Positions 39,651-47,984 of a stretch of 64,000 nt of DNA are shown here, piece after piece. The DNA comes from a virus (lineage: Duplodnaviria; Caudoviricetes): the IMG/VR virus record IMGVR_UViG_3300014697_000001, positions 160,001 to 224,000 of that record; one strand, written 5' to 3'. Below the pieces are notes generated by a model. The model saw nothing but the letters and a program-made list of their open reading frames with translations, was not told where the DNA came from and ran no database searches. Within the stretch, counting starts at the first letter, position 1, and each line of letters starts with the position of its first letter. The translations under genes were made by a program, and so were the position numbers.

Positions 39651-39699
39651 GGCATAGAGAGGGAGCGCAAGCTCCCTCTCTTAGCTGTTTCTTTTTTTC
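39651..39699. repeat. Terminator; near-exact copy of 23111-23159
   Basis: GGCATAGAGAGGGAGC-GCAA-GCTCCCTCTCTTAGCTGTTTCTTTTTT. Confidence 0.85.
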
Positions 39700-39731
39700 T
39701 AATCCGTAAAGAAATACGACAACGACTCATA

Positions 39732-39839
39732 ATGTGGTCGACCTCAATACATCAAAAGGAAGCAGCTACTCACTTAGGGATTAACCGCTCCACTCTTGCT
39801 AGCCGACTCAGTAGGCAGAAGAACAGTGGTATCAAATGA
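39732..39839 (+). pseudogene. Helix-turn-helix remnant (NUMOD1/Fis-like)
   Basis: MWSTSIHQKEAATHLGINRSTLASRLSRQKNSGIK; no RBS; lies between two terminators. Confidence 0.5.
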
Positions 39840-39842
39840 CTC

Positions 39843-39886
39843 GGCATAGAGAGGGGCGTGACGCCCCTCTCCACTACTTTTTCTTT
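39843..39886. terminator. GGCATA-hairpin terminator
   Basis: GGCATAGAGAGGGGCG-TGA-CGCCCCTCTC followed by a T-rich tract. Confidence 0.75.
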
Positions 39887-39887
39887 G

Positions 39888-40715
39888 TCATCTCCGGGAC
39901 CCAACAGTATAGCGTAGGAGTCTGCGATGCTGATCGCGGTTTGCCATCACCCCGCGCTTGCGCCATTCATCCCGCAGGTATTCCTTGTACATTGTGGCAG
40001 CGTCGGCATAGGAGTCGACGACTTCACGAATCCGGCCCAGCGAAGCACCGCCTCGGATTGCACCTTCGTCCAATGGAATGATGGTACGGTTGTAGATGTA
40101 CGCCTTGGTAGCCAGAATGCACAGTTCGGAGAAAGCATCCGAATAGCTCATGGGGAGGTTAGCGAGGTTCGGATCGTGGGCAACCATACAGCGCAGGTAC
40201 ATAATGCCTGGCACCCGGTTCATGTTGGTGACCATGACCACGTTATCTGCTACCAGTGTGCAGTACGCCGACTGCACCTGTGTCCAGGCGGCATTCGACT
40301 GCATGAGCCCGGCAGCCGCTTCCAGTACCATCGAACGGTCTTCGGAGATCACCCCAACATTTCCGAGAGTATGACCTTGACCATAACTGAGTCCATAGAC
40401 TTCGGTGATGCTTCGCCCTTGAGTCAGTTCTTTATCGATGGTGTAGACCATTGTCCAGTTATCGACCCGCTCACTCTTGACATTTAGCATCGGGATGAAC
40501 ACCTCAACCCCCGAACAGAGGTTGATATCGATCATCACCTTACCCTCAATGATCTGGCGACGAATGATGGTGTCCATGCTGACGCCGGTGCTGTAGTCGC
40601 GAATCAGACCATTCTTCGACGGGTCATAGCGAGTCGGGGAAAAGGTGTAGCGCAACACTTCTGGCGGGATTTCAAACTTGATGGTGTCAAGTGCCCGCGA
40701 TAGATGATCGACCAT
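39888..40715 (-). CDS. Conserved protein, putative neck/head-tail adaptor
   Basis: 275 aa, AGGAGA RBS; C-terminal LATKAYIY...IRGGASLG...YKEYL resembles T4 gp13-type neck proteins. Confidence 0.5.
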   Translation of the reverse strand: MVDHLSRALDTIKFEIPPEVLRYTFSPTRYDPSKNGLIRDYSTGVSMDTIIRRQIIEGKVMIDINLCSGVEVFIPMLNVKSERVDNWTMVYTIDKELTQGRSITEVYGLSYGQGHTLGNVGVISEDRSMVLEAAAGLMQSNAAWTQVQSAYCTLVADNVVMVTNMNRVPGIMYLRCMVAHDPNLANLPMSYSDAFSELCILATKAYIYNRTIIPLDEGAIRGGASLGRIREVVDSYADAATMYKEYLRDEWRKRGVMANRDQHRRLLRYTVGSRR

Positions 40716-40759
40716 AGTGGTCTCCTGTCTGTTTAAGAACCCATACACACGATTGGCCA

Positions 40760-40793
40760 TTCAAATATTTCATGGACACACATTATCCATATG
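40760..40793 (+). promoter_or_regulatory. Putative early promoter of phuZ
   Basis: TTCAA-N14-CACATTAT-N5-TG. Confidence 0.65.
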
Positions 40794-40847
40794 CTCGCGA
40801 TCATAGCTTCATCAACTAATCGCTCAACCCCAAAGAGGAAACACAAG

Positions 40848-41831
40848 ATGTCCCAAGGTCTTTCTACTCGTCCTGTCGGCCAAGTGCGTATCTATGCGTG
40901 TGGCGGTGGCGGCATCAACATCGGTCGTGACTACCTGACCCCCGGTCATTCGGCAGACATTGCTGACTTCCAAGTGGCTTTCGTCGACACCTCCGACTCC
41001 AACCTCACCGACGGCCTGGAGAACAACACCTGGCTGTTCAAGGACCTCGACGGTTCCGGTAAGATCCGCAACAGCAACGACAAAGTAATTGCCAAGGCAG
41101 TGCCTGACATCCTGCGTAAGTTCGCTCCGGCTGACATGAACATCGTGATCTTCACGGCGTCGGGTGGTACGGGTTCGGTCGCCGGCCCGCTGATCCTCAA
41201 GCAGCTGCTGGAAGACGGTCACCAGGCCGTCGGTATCGTCACCGGTTCTCACGAGTCCATCAAGACTGCCGAGAACACCATCGGTACCATCAAGTCGCTC
41301 GATGCCATCGGTCGCATGACCAACAAGCCGGTGGTTATCCACTTCGGCATGAACCGTCCGAATGTGCCACGCTCCTCGATCGACCGTGAAGCCCACCTGA
41401 TGATCAACGCCCTGGCAATCCTGTGCAGCCGCCGTAACCACGGCCTGGACACTGCCGACATCGCCAGCTTCCTGCAGTTCAACAAGTCGTCCGATATCCC
41501 GGCGTGCCTGGCTCGTATCCACCTGTTCGATGACATCGATCAGTTCGAGAAAGTCCTGACCGACCCGATCTCGGCTGCTTACCTCAAGCGCGAGCAGGAT
41601 GATCCTCAGCCGAATGTCTTCGTGCCTTACAGCTGCGATGGCTTCATGCCGTCGTTTGCTCAAACGTCGAAGAGCCTGTTCTTCGGTATCGAAAACCACT
41701 CCTTCGGTGCCCTGGCGCAGGAACTCGAAGGCCTGAAGAAGGAGATGGAGATGCAGCGTAAAACCCGCTCTCAAGCTGTCTCGTTCTTCAGTGACAGCGA
41801 TGACGTGTCCACTACCGGACTCGTGCTCTAA
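40848..41831 (+). CDS. phuZ: Phage tubulin PhuZ
   Basis: CGGGGINIG, DTS, GSGK, tubulin signature SGGTGS, T7 loop LDTAD and acidic C-terminal DDVSTTGLVL; 327 aa. Confidence 0.95.
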   Translation: MSQGLSTRPVGQVRIYACGGGGINIGRDYLTPGHSADIADFQVAFVDTSDSNLTDGLENNTWLFKDLDGSGKIRNSNDKVIAKAVPDILRKFAPADMNIVIFTASGGTGSVAGPLILKQLLEDGHQAVGIVTGSHESIKTAENTIGTIKSLDAIGRMTNKPVVIHFGMNRPNVPRSSIDREAHLMINALAILCSRRNHGLDTADIASFLQFNKSSDIPACLARIHLFDDIDQFEKVLTDPISAAYLKREQDDPQPNVFVPYSCDGFMPSFAQTSKSLFFGIENHSFGALAQELEGLKKEMEMQRKTRSQAVSFFSDSDDVSTTGLVL

Positions 41832-41840
41832 GCAATACAC

Positions 41841-41875
41841 GACAGCGGGAGCAATCCCGCTGTCCTTATGCCGCC
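41841..41875 (+). terminator. Hairpin + TATGCC
   Basis: GACAGCGGGA-GCAA-TCCCGCTGTC-CTTATGCCGCC. Confidence 0.7.
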
Positions 41876-41900
41876 ATCCCACATCTACGGAGACTCACCC

Positions 41901-42602
41901 ATGTCCAAGCAAGATTCCAACATTATCCTCGGCGTTGACGGTAAGCCGATGTACGAACTCGTCACCAAACCTCATCAGGAGCAGGCGTTCATTCATAAGC
42001 CCGTCTTCGGTAAGATCAACTTGCTGCGTGTAGGTTTCCTGTCGCCGGTGCCGCCGCGTCATCTGAACAATGAGGCCTACATCCACGATTCCCGTCCGAT
42101 TGCATGGCCACTGTACCATCCTTACTGGATCGTCCGCATGTCTGACGATGCCAACATGCTGATGGCGTATGTCGAAGAAATCGAGCATGTCAAGCTGTAC
42201 TGGCCGGAAGCAACCGAGGTGACCGTCTTCGAGGAGAACGTCACCCACTACTGCTTCAATAGTAACTTCCCTGAACCTATCTGGCTCAAGGACGTGCAAG
42301 ACCCCAGTTTCCGGGTCGCACCACCCAAGACTGGCGCGTTCAAGATTACTGAACCTGAATCCGACCTGTCGATCATCGGCTTTAGCGACGACACCGATTA
42401 CGATATTCAGCTCAACTGCCACCAACTGGAATACGGTGTACATGAGCACGAGGCGTTCCAGCGCGAATACACCGACTGGACAGGACTCGAAGTCAACGTC
42501 TATGCGACCGAGACTCTGGAGGAAGCTGAAGCATATGCCCGTAAGCTTCTGAAGTTCGAGAATGCCGAAGACGGTAGCCTGCCTACCACCCTCCCACTCT
42601 GA
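41901..42602 (+). CDS. Two-domain protein with a C-terminal degenerate GIY-YIG-like domain
   Basis: GAFKIT-x6-IIGFS...H.L..G.H....FQREY...ETLEEA pattern, lacking the catalytic residues. Confidence 0.6.
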   Translation: MSKQDSNIILGVDGKPMYELVTKPHQEQAFIHKPVFGKINLLRVGFLSPVPPRHLNNEAYIHDSRPIAWPLYHPYWIVRMSDDANMLMAYVEEIEHVKLYWPEATEVTVFEENVTHYCFNSNFPEPIWLKDVQDPSFRVAPPKTGAFKITEPESDLSIIGFSDDTDYDIQLNCHQLEYGVHEHEAFQREYTDWTGLEVNVYATETLEEAEAYARKLLKFENAEDGSLPTTLPL

Positions 42603-42625
42603 CTGATAATGGATGGAGTTAAGTA

Positions 42626-43261
42626 ATGGATACCACCACCAGCAACCGCCCCACCTATGCTCAGAATGTCGAGCTGTATCGCCACCAGCTGTGGCTGAAT
42701 GTATTGCGCCAATGCAGTCAATACCCTCACTCCAGTCGCCCTTCCCGTGAACGCTTCAACGCAAAGCTCATGAAGTACGCTAAAGGGGCCGGTAAGAATT
42801 ACATGGACTTGTTCAATTCCAGTAATGAGAAGGATCAGGACATTCCGGTTGGCTGGGCAGGCAAGAAACGCAAACAGATGATCCGCGAACAGGGACATTT
42901 CAATCTGGGTCGCAAAGCACCTCGTGTAAAACGTACGGTGGTAAAAGGCAACATCGCTCAACTGTCACTGGGTAACCGCTTGTCCATGTTCAAGTACATC
43001 CCAATTGAGCCCCTTGAACCGTGGACAGTCGATGACCTTCATCAGATCATCGACTGCCGCAATGGGAAAAGGGGTTGCCTGCATTTCATCGACAGCGGTA
43101 TGAACACGATCCGTACGATCGAGTACATCCGTGACCAGACCCTTGACGAATCTGAGGTCATCGCGCTGTGGTCCAGCATCTCGATCCCACGTACTCGTCC
43201 TGGTTCAGAAGGTGAGGTCCGACCGCTATTTCGTCGTCCTCATTTTCGCCAGCAGCAGTAA
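42626..43261 (+). CDS. Hypothetical protein (basic)
   Basis: 211 aa, GGAG RBS. Confidence 0.75.
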   Translation: MDTTTSNRPTYAQNVELYRHQLWLNVLRQCSQYPHSSRPSRERFNAKLMKYAKGAGKNYMDLFNSSNEKDQDIPVGWAGKKRKQMIREQGHFNLGRKAPRVKRTVVKGNIAQLSLGNRLSMFKYIPIEPLEPWTVDDLHQIIDCRNGKRGCLHFIDSGMNTIRTIEYIRDQTLDESEVIALWSSISIPRTRPGSEGEVRPLFRRPHFRQQQ

Positions 43262-43296
43262 CAGACCCCCATACCACCCTTTCAAGGACTTTGTCG

Positions 43297-43500
43297 ATGT
43301 GTACCACATTTGAATGTGAGCGTTGCGGTAACGCTGATTCCATTCATGCCACCCCACAGACTGGAATCGGGTATGAATGTCATCGCTGCAAGACCGGCGA
43401 ATGGCATCACCTTTTTCAAGAAACCCGATATAGTTTCGAAATCCACGGTCCTGCTTTGAACAAGGTCAATCCTGACAATTCGTTCACCAGCTTCAGCTGA
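43297..43500 (+). CDS. Small zinc-ribbon protein
   Basis: CERC...CHRC; AAGGA RBS; 67 aa. Confidence 0.7.
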   Translation: MCTTFECERCGNADSIHATPQTGIGYECHRCKTGEWHHLFQETRYSFEIHGPALNKVNPDNSFTSFS

Positions 43501-43508
43501 CCCGGTAT

Positions 43509-43555
43509 AGAGGGAGGACCTAGGTCCTCCCTCTTACTTTTCTTTTTATGCCGCC
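43509..43555 (+). terminator. Palindromic terminator with U-tract and TATGCC
   Basis: AGAGGGAGGACCTAGGTCCTCCCTCT-TACTTTTCTTTTTATGCCGCC. Confidence 0.8.
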
Positions 43556-43606
43556 TCAAATACCGGTAAAAACGAACCGCCCGTCCTTATCTTCTGAGGG
43601 GGGCAC

Positions 43607-43957
43607 ATGACCATCCATTTAAACGCACCCAGCGTGCTCATATTCGACGTTTTTGCTTTAACCGATACCCTAGATAGGGGTGGGGAGTTCTCGCCTCTGG
43701 CGTGGCAATACGTCGTCGAGAGGGATCTGGTGGTTTTGGGTAATCTGACCGTTGTATCCAGCTACCCGAAGTGCCCATCTCTGACTGAGCAGTATCGACT
43801 TATTCAAGCCCTGCAAGCCAGGGATAACATCAACATTATCTCATCAATAGGTCAGGTACTCATGGAGCACTTGGCACAGTACGTCATTTCGATTGAGATG
43901 ACGACAACCGAACTGATTGTGACCAAACGAAAACTGGTGACGGGAGTAGTCGTGTGA
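43607..43957 (+). CDS. Small hypothetical protein (array member 1)
   Basis: 116 aa, GAGGGG RBS. Confidence 0.7.
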   Translation: MTIHLNAPSVLIFDVFALTDTLDRGGEFSPLAWQYVVERDLVVLGNLTVVSSYPKCPSLTEQYRLIQALQARDNINIISSIGQVLMEHLAQYVISIEMTTTELIVTKRKLVTGVVV

Positions 43958-44556
43958 AGTTCATCATAGTACCCTTTACTGAGTTGCTCGCATACATTGA
44001 GAGCACCCTGGATTTATGGCCACACGGTCACAGACTACCAGAAGACAAGCGAGAGCGTGACAATCAGCTGACCCTTGCAGCCGGTGAACTCTGTAAGAAC
44101 CTGATACTGCAGTCAGTCAAACATATTCGCAATAAGCCCGATCCGCTGGTCCAGCTGTTGCATGACTTGGGGTATCCGATCAAGTCCTTGTCGACAGAAG
44201 AACTCGATAACCTGATGATGGAGGTAGATGATCATTACATCTATCTTACGGTCCTGTTCGATGCGGTTGACGACAAGGTGCAGCCGTACCTTGAACGTAA
44301 GGTCTTCACCATGGTCGTTGAAGATGAGGACGTCCTCATTGAGGTGACCGGAGATTTGATCAACCAGCGGTATCAGGCTCTCAAGCGTCGCTTGAAGGAC
44401 CGTACCCCGCCGAAGATCGGAGAAGATGAACTCAATACGCAAGCCATGGCTGAGTACATCGACCGGATGGTGGGTGAAGTCCTTGGCTCGGTCCAATCAC
44501 CGGCCATGCGCGACGAACTGAAGCTGATCTTCGACCAGGCCATTAAACGCTACTAG
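43954..44556 (+). CDS. Acidic hypothetical protein (array member 2)
   Basis: 200 aa, GGAG RBS, GTGA overlap. Confidence 0.8.
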   Translation: MKFIIVPFTELLAYIESTLDLWPHGHRLPEDKRERDNQLTLAAGELCKNLILQSVKHIRNKPDPLVQLLHDLGYPIKSLSTEELDNLMMEVDDHYIYLTVLFDAVDDKVQPYLERKVFTMVVEDEDVLIEVTGDLINQRYQALKRRLKDRTPPKIGEDELNTQAMAEYIDRMVGEVLGSVQSPAMRDELKLIFDQAIKRY

Positions 44557-44575
44557 CGCCCTAGAGGAGACTGAC

Positions 44576-45016
44576 ATGGCTCGGTATCTACTTGGTGCCA
44601 GCGAGCTTGAGCAGAATATTGAAGCAATTGTCAATGAGAACCTCGGTGTCTGTTTTGCAGCCGAGGTGACCAATGCCATGCAGCGTCTGGTTGATAGTTA
44701 TAACCATTGCCAGACCGATGAGCTCCTTGATCGACTGGCAGCGCCCTGGACAGACTGGCTTGAAGATTACGCCCCTCTTGACCGTATTGTTGAAAGCTTC
44801 ACCCAGCTTGTGGAAAGCTGTATAAACCCCACCACCGACATAGCCGTGCTGGACTACTTGCCCAAGGAAGAAACACTTGTAGTCACTCAGCAACCTAAGC
44901 CCGCCCCAGACCCGGTTAAACACCTGAAGGACGAATACCAGCATGCGACCATGCAAGGTGATTTCTACCCCGAACGGATACGTAGGGCTCTCGACGAACT
45001 GGCTGCGTACATTTAA
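44576..45016 (+). CDS. Acidic hypothetical protein (array member 3)
   Basis: 146 aa, GAGGAG RBS. Confidence 0.8.
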   Translation: MARYLLGASELEQNIEAIVNENLGVCFAAEVTNAMQRLVDSYNHCQTDELLDRLAAPWTDWLEDYAPLDRIVESFTQLVESCINPTTDIAVLDYLPKEETLVVTQQPKPAPDPVKHLKDEYQHATMQGDFYPERIRRALDELAAYI

Positions 45017-45434
45017 GCCCACGCCGTACAAGTACTCACAAGTCACTGTTGATCCAGGCCCCAACACGGTCCGGTATGTGATGGTCAATTCTCCCATGGA
45101 CCATGATGAGTTCAAAATCCTGTACAGGCGCCTGGGTAAAATTGGTGTCATGGTGCCAATGGCCGAGATGGCCAACTGCGCCATGTCAGGCCTGAACGTC
45201 CTTGACACGCCTGCGGGCATGGCTTGGACCCGTCTGGTAGCCAGGGATGAGTATGCCAGACGTATCGATGAGATTAAACGTATCACTGAGAGACTCCATA
45301 AAGAATTTCATGGAGTGTTGTCATCCCAACCTTTCGCCTACAAGGTCGTCGAATATTGCGACGGCCTGATGGTATTGGAGGTTCGCGCCCGTGTCGACTG
45401 GGATAAGCTCAATTGCTATAAGGTTGCCATTTGA
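44943..45434 (+). CDS. Hypothetical protein (array member 4; start uncertain)
   Basis: Fills the gap between neighbours and overlaps both. Confidence 0.65.
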   Translation: MRPCKVISTPNGYVGLSTNWLRTFKPTPYKYSQVTVDPGPNTVRYVMVNSPMDHDEFKILYRRLGKIGVMVPMAEMANCAMSGLNVLDTPAGMAWTRLVARDEYARRIDEIKRITERLHKEFHGVLSSQPFAYKVVEYCDGLMVLEVRARVDWDKLNCYKVAI

Positions 45435-45846
45435 TGAGGCATTTTGGACGCTCGGTGAAACACTGGCCGAACGTCTAGGTGCCTCGGCACTCCTTTATGC
45501 CGCAATCGCCTATTACGTGTTCGATGATTCGTTCTTCGCCGAAGACATCATCGATCACAACCCCGAACTTGCCGAACCCATCGTGGCATGGATGGAAGAT
45601 CTCTATTGCACGTTCGGCAATATCCTTTCCCAACTTCGAGTCTACTATGCCAAAGACACGTTTCATTCTGAATCGGAATCAACCTACCAGTTGCTCAAAG
45701 TTAACTACGTCAGTACCGACGAAGACCTCTACGTCAGTGCCACCTGCGATCCGCGCTATTATCACCTTGGAAACCAGTGGCGAGTTCTTAGTGAACTTGA
45801 CACATGTGTTACAGGCCAGCGGCATGTCGCTGGAAGAGCTATTTGA
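45391..45846 (+). CDS. Acidic hypothetical protein (array member 5)
   Basis: 151 aa, GGAGG RBS before GTG. Confidence 0.75.
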   Translation: MSTGISSIAIRLPFDEAFWTLGETLAERLGASALLYAAIAYYVFDDSFFAEDIIDHNPELAEPIVAWMEDLYCTFGNILSQLRVYYAKDTFHSESESTYQLLKVNYVSTDEDLYVSATCDPRYYHLGNQWRVLSELDTCVTGQRHVAGRAI

Positions 45847-46087
45847 ATACCTCTCCACCGCACTGTCCGATTACCGGCACGATCGCTTCCCGGAACAGGT
45901 CCTATTGAATTCGCGCTACCCCGATAGCTATTCGATGCAAATTCGAGAGCACCTGAGTCAGTTAATCGACCAGCTGAATGACCAAACGGAATTGATCCAA
46001 CGGCAGGCCCAAGCTATCCGCCTAATGGGGGTAAATCCTGATGATGATTCGGCCTACATTGAGATCGTCCCACTTCCAGACAAGTGA
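45737..46087 (+). CDS. Acidic hypothetical protein (array member 6; start uncertain)
   Basis: 3-prime part of ORF 45479..46087; an in-frame GTG at 45737 gives 116 aa. Confidence 0.6.
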   Translation: MPPAIRAIITLETSGEFLVNLTHVLQASGMSLEELFEYLSTALSDYRHDRFPEQVLLNSRYPDSYSMQIREHLSQLIDQLNDQTELIQRQAQAIRLMGVNPDDDSAYIEIVPLPDK

Positions 46088-46451
46088 CCGTCCAGCCCTC
46101 CCATTGGTGCTGATGGTCCCTGACAATAAGGAAGCCTTACAGTCCATCCCTAAACCACTGCTGCCCATCGCCGTTGTCTCAGCCATGCGAGGAGTTATTT
46201 ACAACTGCCTCCCGGCTGAATATGGGAATGTATTGAGATTCTGGACAAGCTATAAGAACCCTGGCACCCGGTCCCGCGACCTCTCCACAGTTATGGTTCA
46301 GGCAGAAGAAGCATTCGAGTCCGTGGTAGAGATCCTTGCAGATCTCTCCGATCATTTGAGTCTATATAGCGACCAGGATCATTTAGTGATTGATTTGATC
46401 CGGTACGACCCTTATGATCAAGGATTTGTAGTGAGAATATCCGATGGCTGA
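46041..46451 (+). CDS. Hypothetical protein (array member 7)
   Basis: 136 aa, overlaps its neighbours. Confidence 0.7.
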   Translation: MMIRPTLRSSHFQTSDRPALPLVLMVPDNKEALQSIPKPLLPIAVVSAMRGVIYNCLPAEYGNVLRFWTSYKNPGTRSRDLSTVMVQAEEAFESVVEILADLSDHLSLYSDQDHLVIDLIRYDPYDQGFVVRISDG

Positions 46452-46779
46452 ACAAATTATCCTAATCGATGGGAGAGACATTTACAGGGATTTTCTTGAC
46501 GACCTCTCACGGTTGATGGACCATTCCTACGACTTTGATGAGATCTTCTCCTTATACGGCGACTGGGCGCGCCGTGGCGAGCATTTCGTTGACGAATTCG
46601 CGGCCGGATTGTTTCCACCTGACTTGGGCGAGACAGCCGATGATTTCGTGGGTCTGCGGAACGCCATGATCAACCTCTATTGTGCGGTGGATCGAGCCAC
46701 CCGTGGACTGGATCGCCGATCCATTGTTCACATGGCTTACAGTGAACCTGACGAAACCATCGTAATCACCGCACGTTAA
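46444..46779 (+). CDS. Acidic hypothetical protein (array member 8)
   Basis: 111 aa, 8-nt overlap with the previous gene. Confidence 0.8.
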   Translation: MAEQIILIDGRDIYRDFLDDLSRLMDHSYDFDEIFSLYGDWARRGEHFVDEFAAGLFPPDLGETADDFVGLRNAMINLYCAVDRATRGLDRRSIVHMAYSEPDETIVITAR

Positions 46780-46810
46780 ATCACCTTCCATTACATCATC
46801 GAGTGACGTG

Positions 46811-47107
46811 ATGATCCTTATCGGCATTTCTGAAGTTATTGCTGAGTTACTTCCTGAGGTGTGCCATTCTATCGACCCGGACATCCCACCTTCATCTGAC
46901 CTCCCCCTTGAGGTACGCAAATACCTGCGTGCACTGCTCATGCGAGCGTTTCACCGCGCCCTGAGCGAGGAGTTCGCATTTGACATGAGGTGGGTGTTAC
47001 AAGTGAAACAAGATGGATTACTCACCCAACTGAGCGATCGTCGCTGGATCGACGTCGAGGTGATGGACACAGATGGCACTTTCATTCTTACATTCGAGGA
47101 TCTATGA
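46811..47107 (+). CDS. Acidic hypothetical protein (array member 9)
   Basis: About 98 aa. Confidence 0.7.
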   Translation: MILIGISEVIAELLPEVCHSIDPDIPPSSDLPLEVRKYLRALLMRAFHRALSEEFAFDMRWVLQVKQDGLLTQLSDRRWIDVEVMDTDGTFILTFEDL

Positions 47108-47109
47108 CC

Positions 47110-47499
47110 ATGATCACCAATTACATCGGCTCCACTGTTAAGTTCGACACGGCTGCTCCGGCAGCCCTTGGCTCCAACCGCCAGAACGTCACCGTGTTGG
47201 CGGTTTTGGACTTGGACACCGCGATGCTTCTGTCCGATGTGCGCGCCAAACACGCACAGGTCAAGAACTACATCACCGACCTACCGGGTAGCGCAGGAGC
47301 GTACAGCTACGTCAAGTTGCGCTACGGCAACGGTGAGGTTGAAGTCCTCGGTGTGCCATGGATTCGTCACGAAACCATCGAGGTAATCGACAACCGCGAG
47401 TTGTTCATCCGGGTCCGAAATGCTACCCCGTCCACTGAGAATATCATTCGACAGGCATTCTTGCAAAATGGGATCGAAGACTTTACATTTGAGGGCTAA
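47110..47499 (+). CDS. Conserved protein upstream of DNA polymerase (phiKZ gp49-like)
   Basis: GSTVKFDT.AP..LG...NVTV...VLGVPWI motif; GAGGA RBS. Confidence 0.7.
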   Translation: MITNYIGSTVKFDTAAPAALGSNRQNVTVLAVLDLDTAMLLSDVRAKHAQVKNYITDLPGSAGAYSYVKLRYGNGEVEVLGVPWIRHETIEVIDNRELFIRVRNATPSTENIIRQAFLQNGIEDFTFEG

Positions 47500-47977
47500 A
47501 CGCCGGGTAAGCTATCCCACCCGGTCCAACGACTTCATTCTCAGCCGCGACCCTAAGCGAGAAACCTTCCTGCTCTATTCGTTTGACGAGGCGTACTTCG
47601 ATAAGTACGCCGAGTTCTACGATGCGGTTAAAGCCACCTTGCTTCGGTATGAAATACCCAATGAGATGGTCATGTGTCTTGAACACACCCTATCTCCCTC
47701 TGCCATGGTGGATGTCCTGATGCGCGAGCAGATGGGTAACACCGACATGACCGAGGCCATGATGGATGACATCTATGGATTGACAGACATTGACGACTGT
47801 GCATCAGACATCATCGAGCACGTGGTCAACCTCTGCAACTGTGGCGTTTTCCCGCAAGGTTTTGACAATGTCTGTGACCTCCTGAGGACCAACGAAGGCT
47901 TCTACTTGCTGGACTTCTACCCTGTCCGGGAAGAGGACACCATGGTGTATGTGGTGGCAAATGCTGACAGTGAATAA
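47468..47977 (+). CDS. Acidic hypothetical protein (array-like member 10; start uncertain)
   Basis: Very Asp/Glu-rich, with the same terminal beta-hairpin pattern as the array. Confidence 0.7.
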   Translation: MGSKTLHLRAKRRVSYPTRSNDFILSRDPKRETFLLYSFDEAYFDKYAEFYDAVKATLLRYEIPNEMVMCLEHTLSPSAMVDVLMREQMGNTDMTEAMMDDIYGLTDIDDCASDIIEHVVNLCNCGVFPQGFDNVCDLLRTNEGFYLLDFYPVREEDTMVYVVANADSE

Positions 47978-47984
47978 AAACAAA

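Noticed and set aside
40824-41882. 352-aa antisense ORF over phuZ (likewise 13216-14616, 17442-18770 and 19858-21063)
   Set aside because: Shadow ORFs without independent evidence
45479-45736. N-terminal half of the 202-aa ORF as a true overprinted gene
   Set aside because: Ser/Thr/Pro-rich off-frame sequence inside 45391-45846; a later start is more plausible
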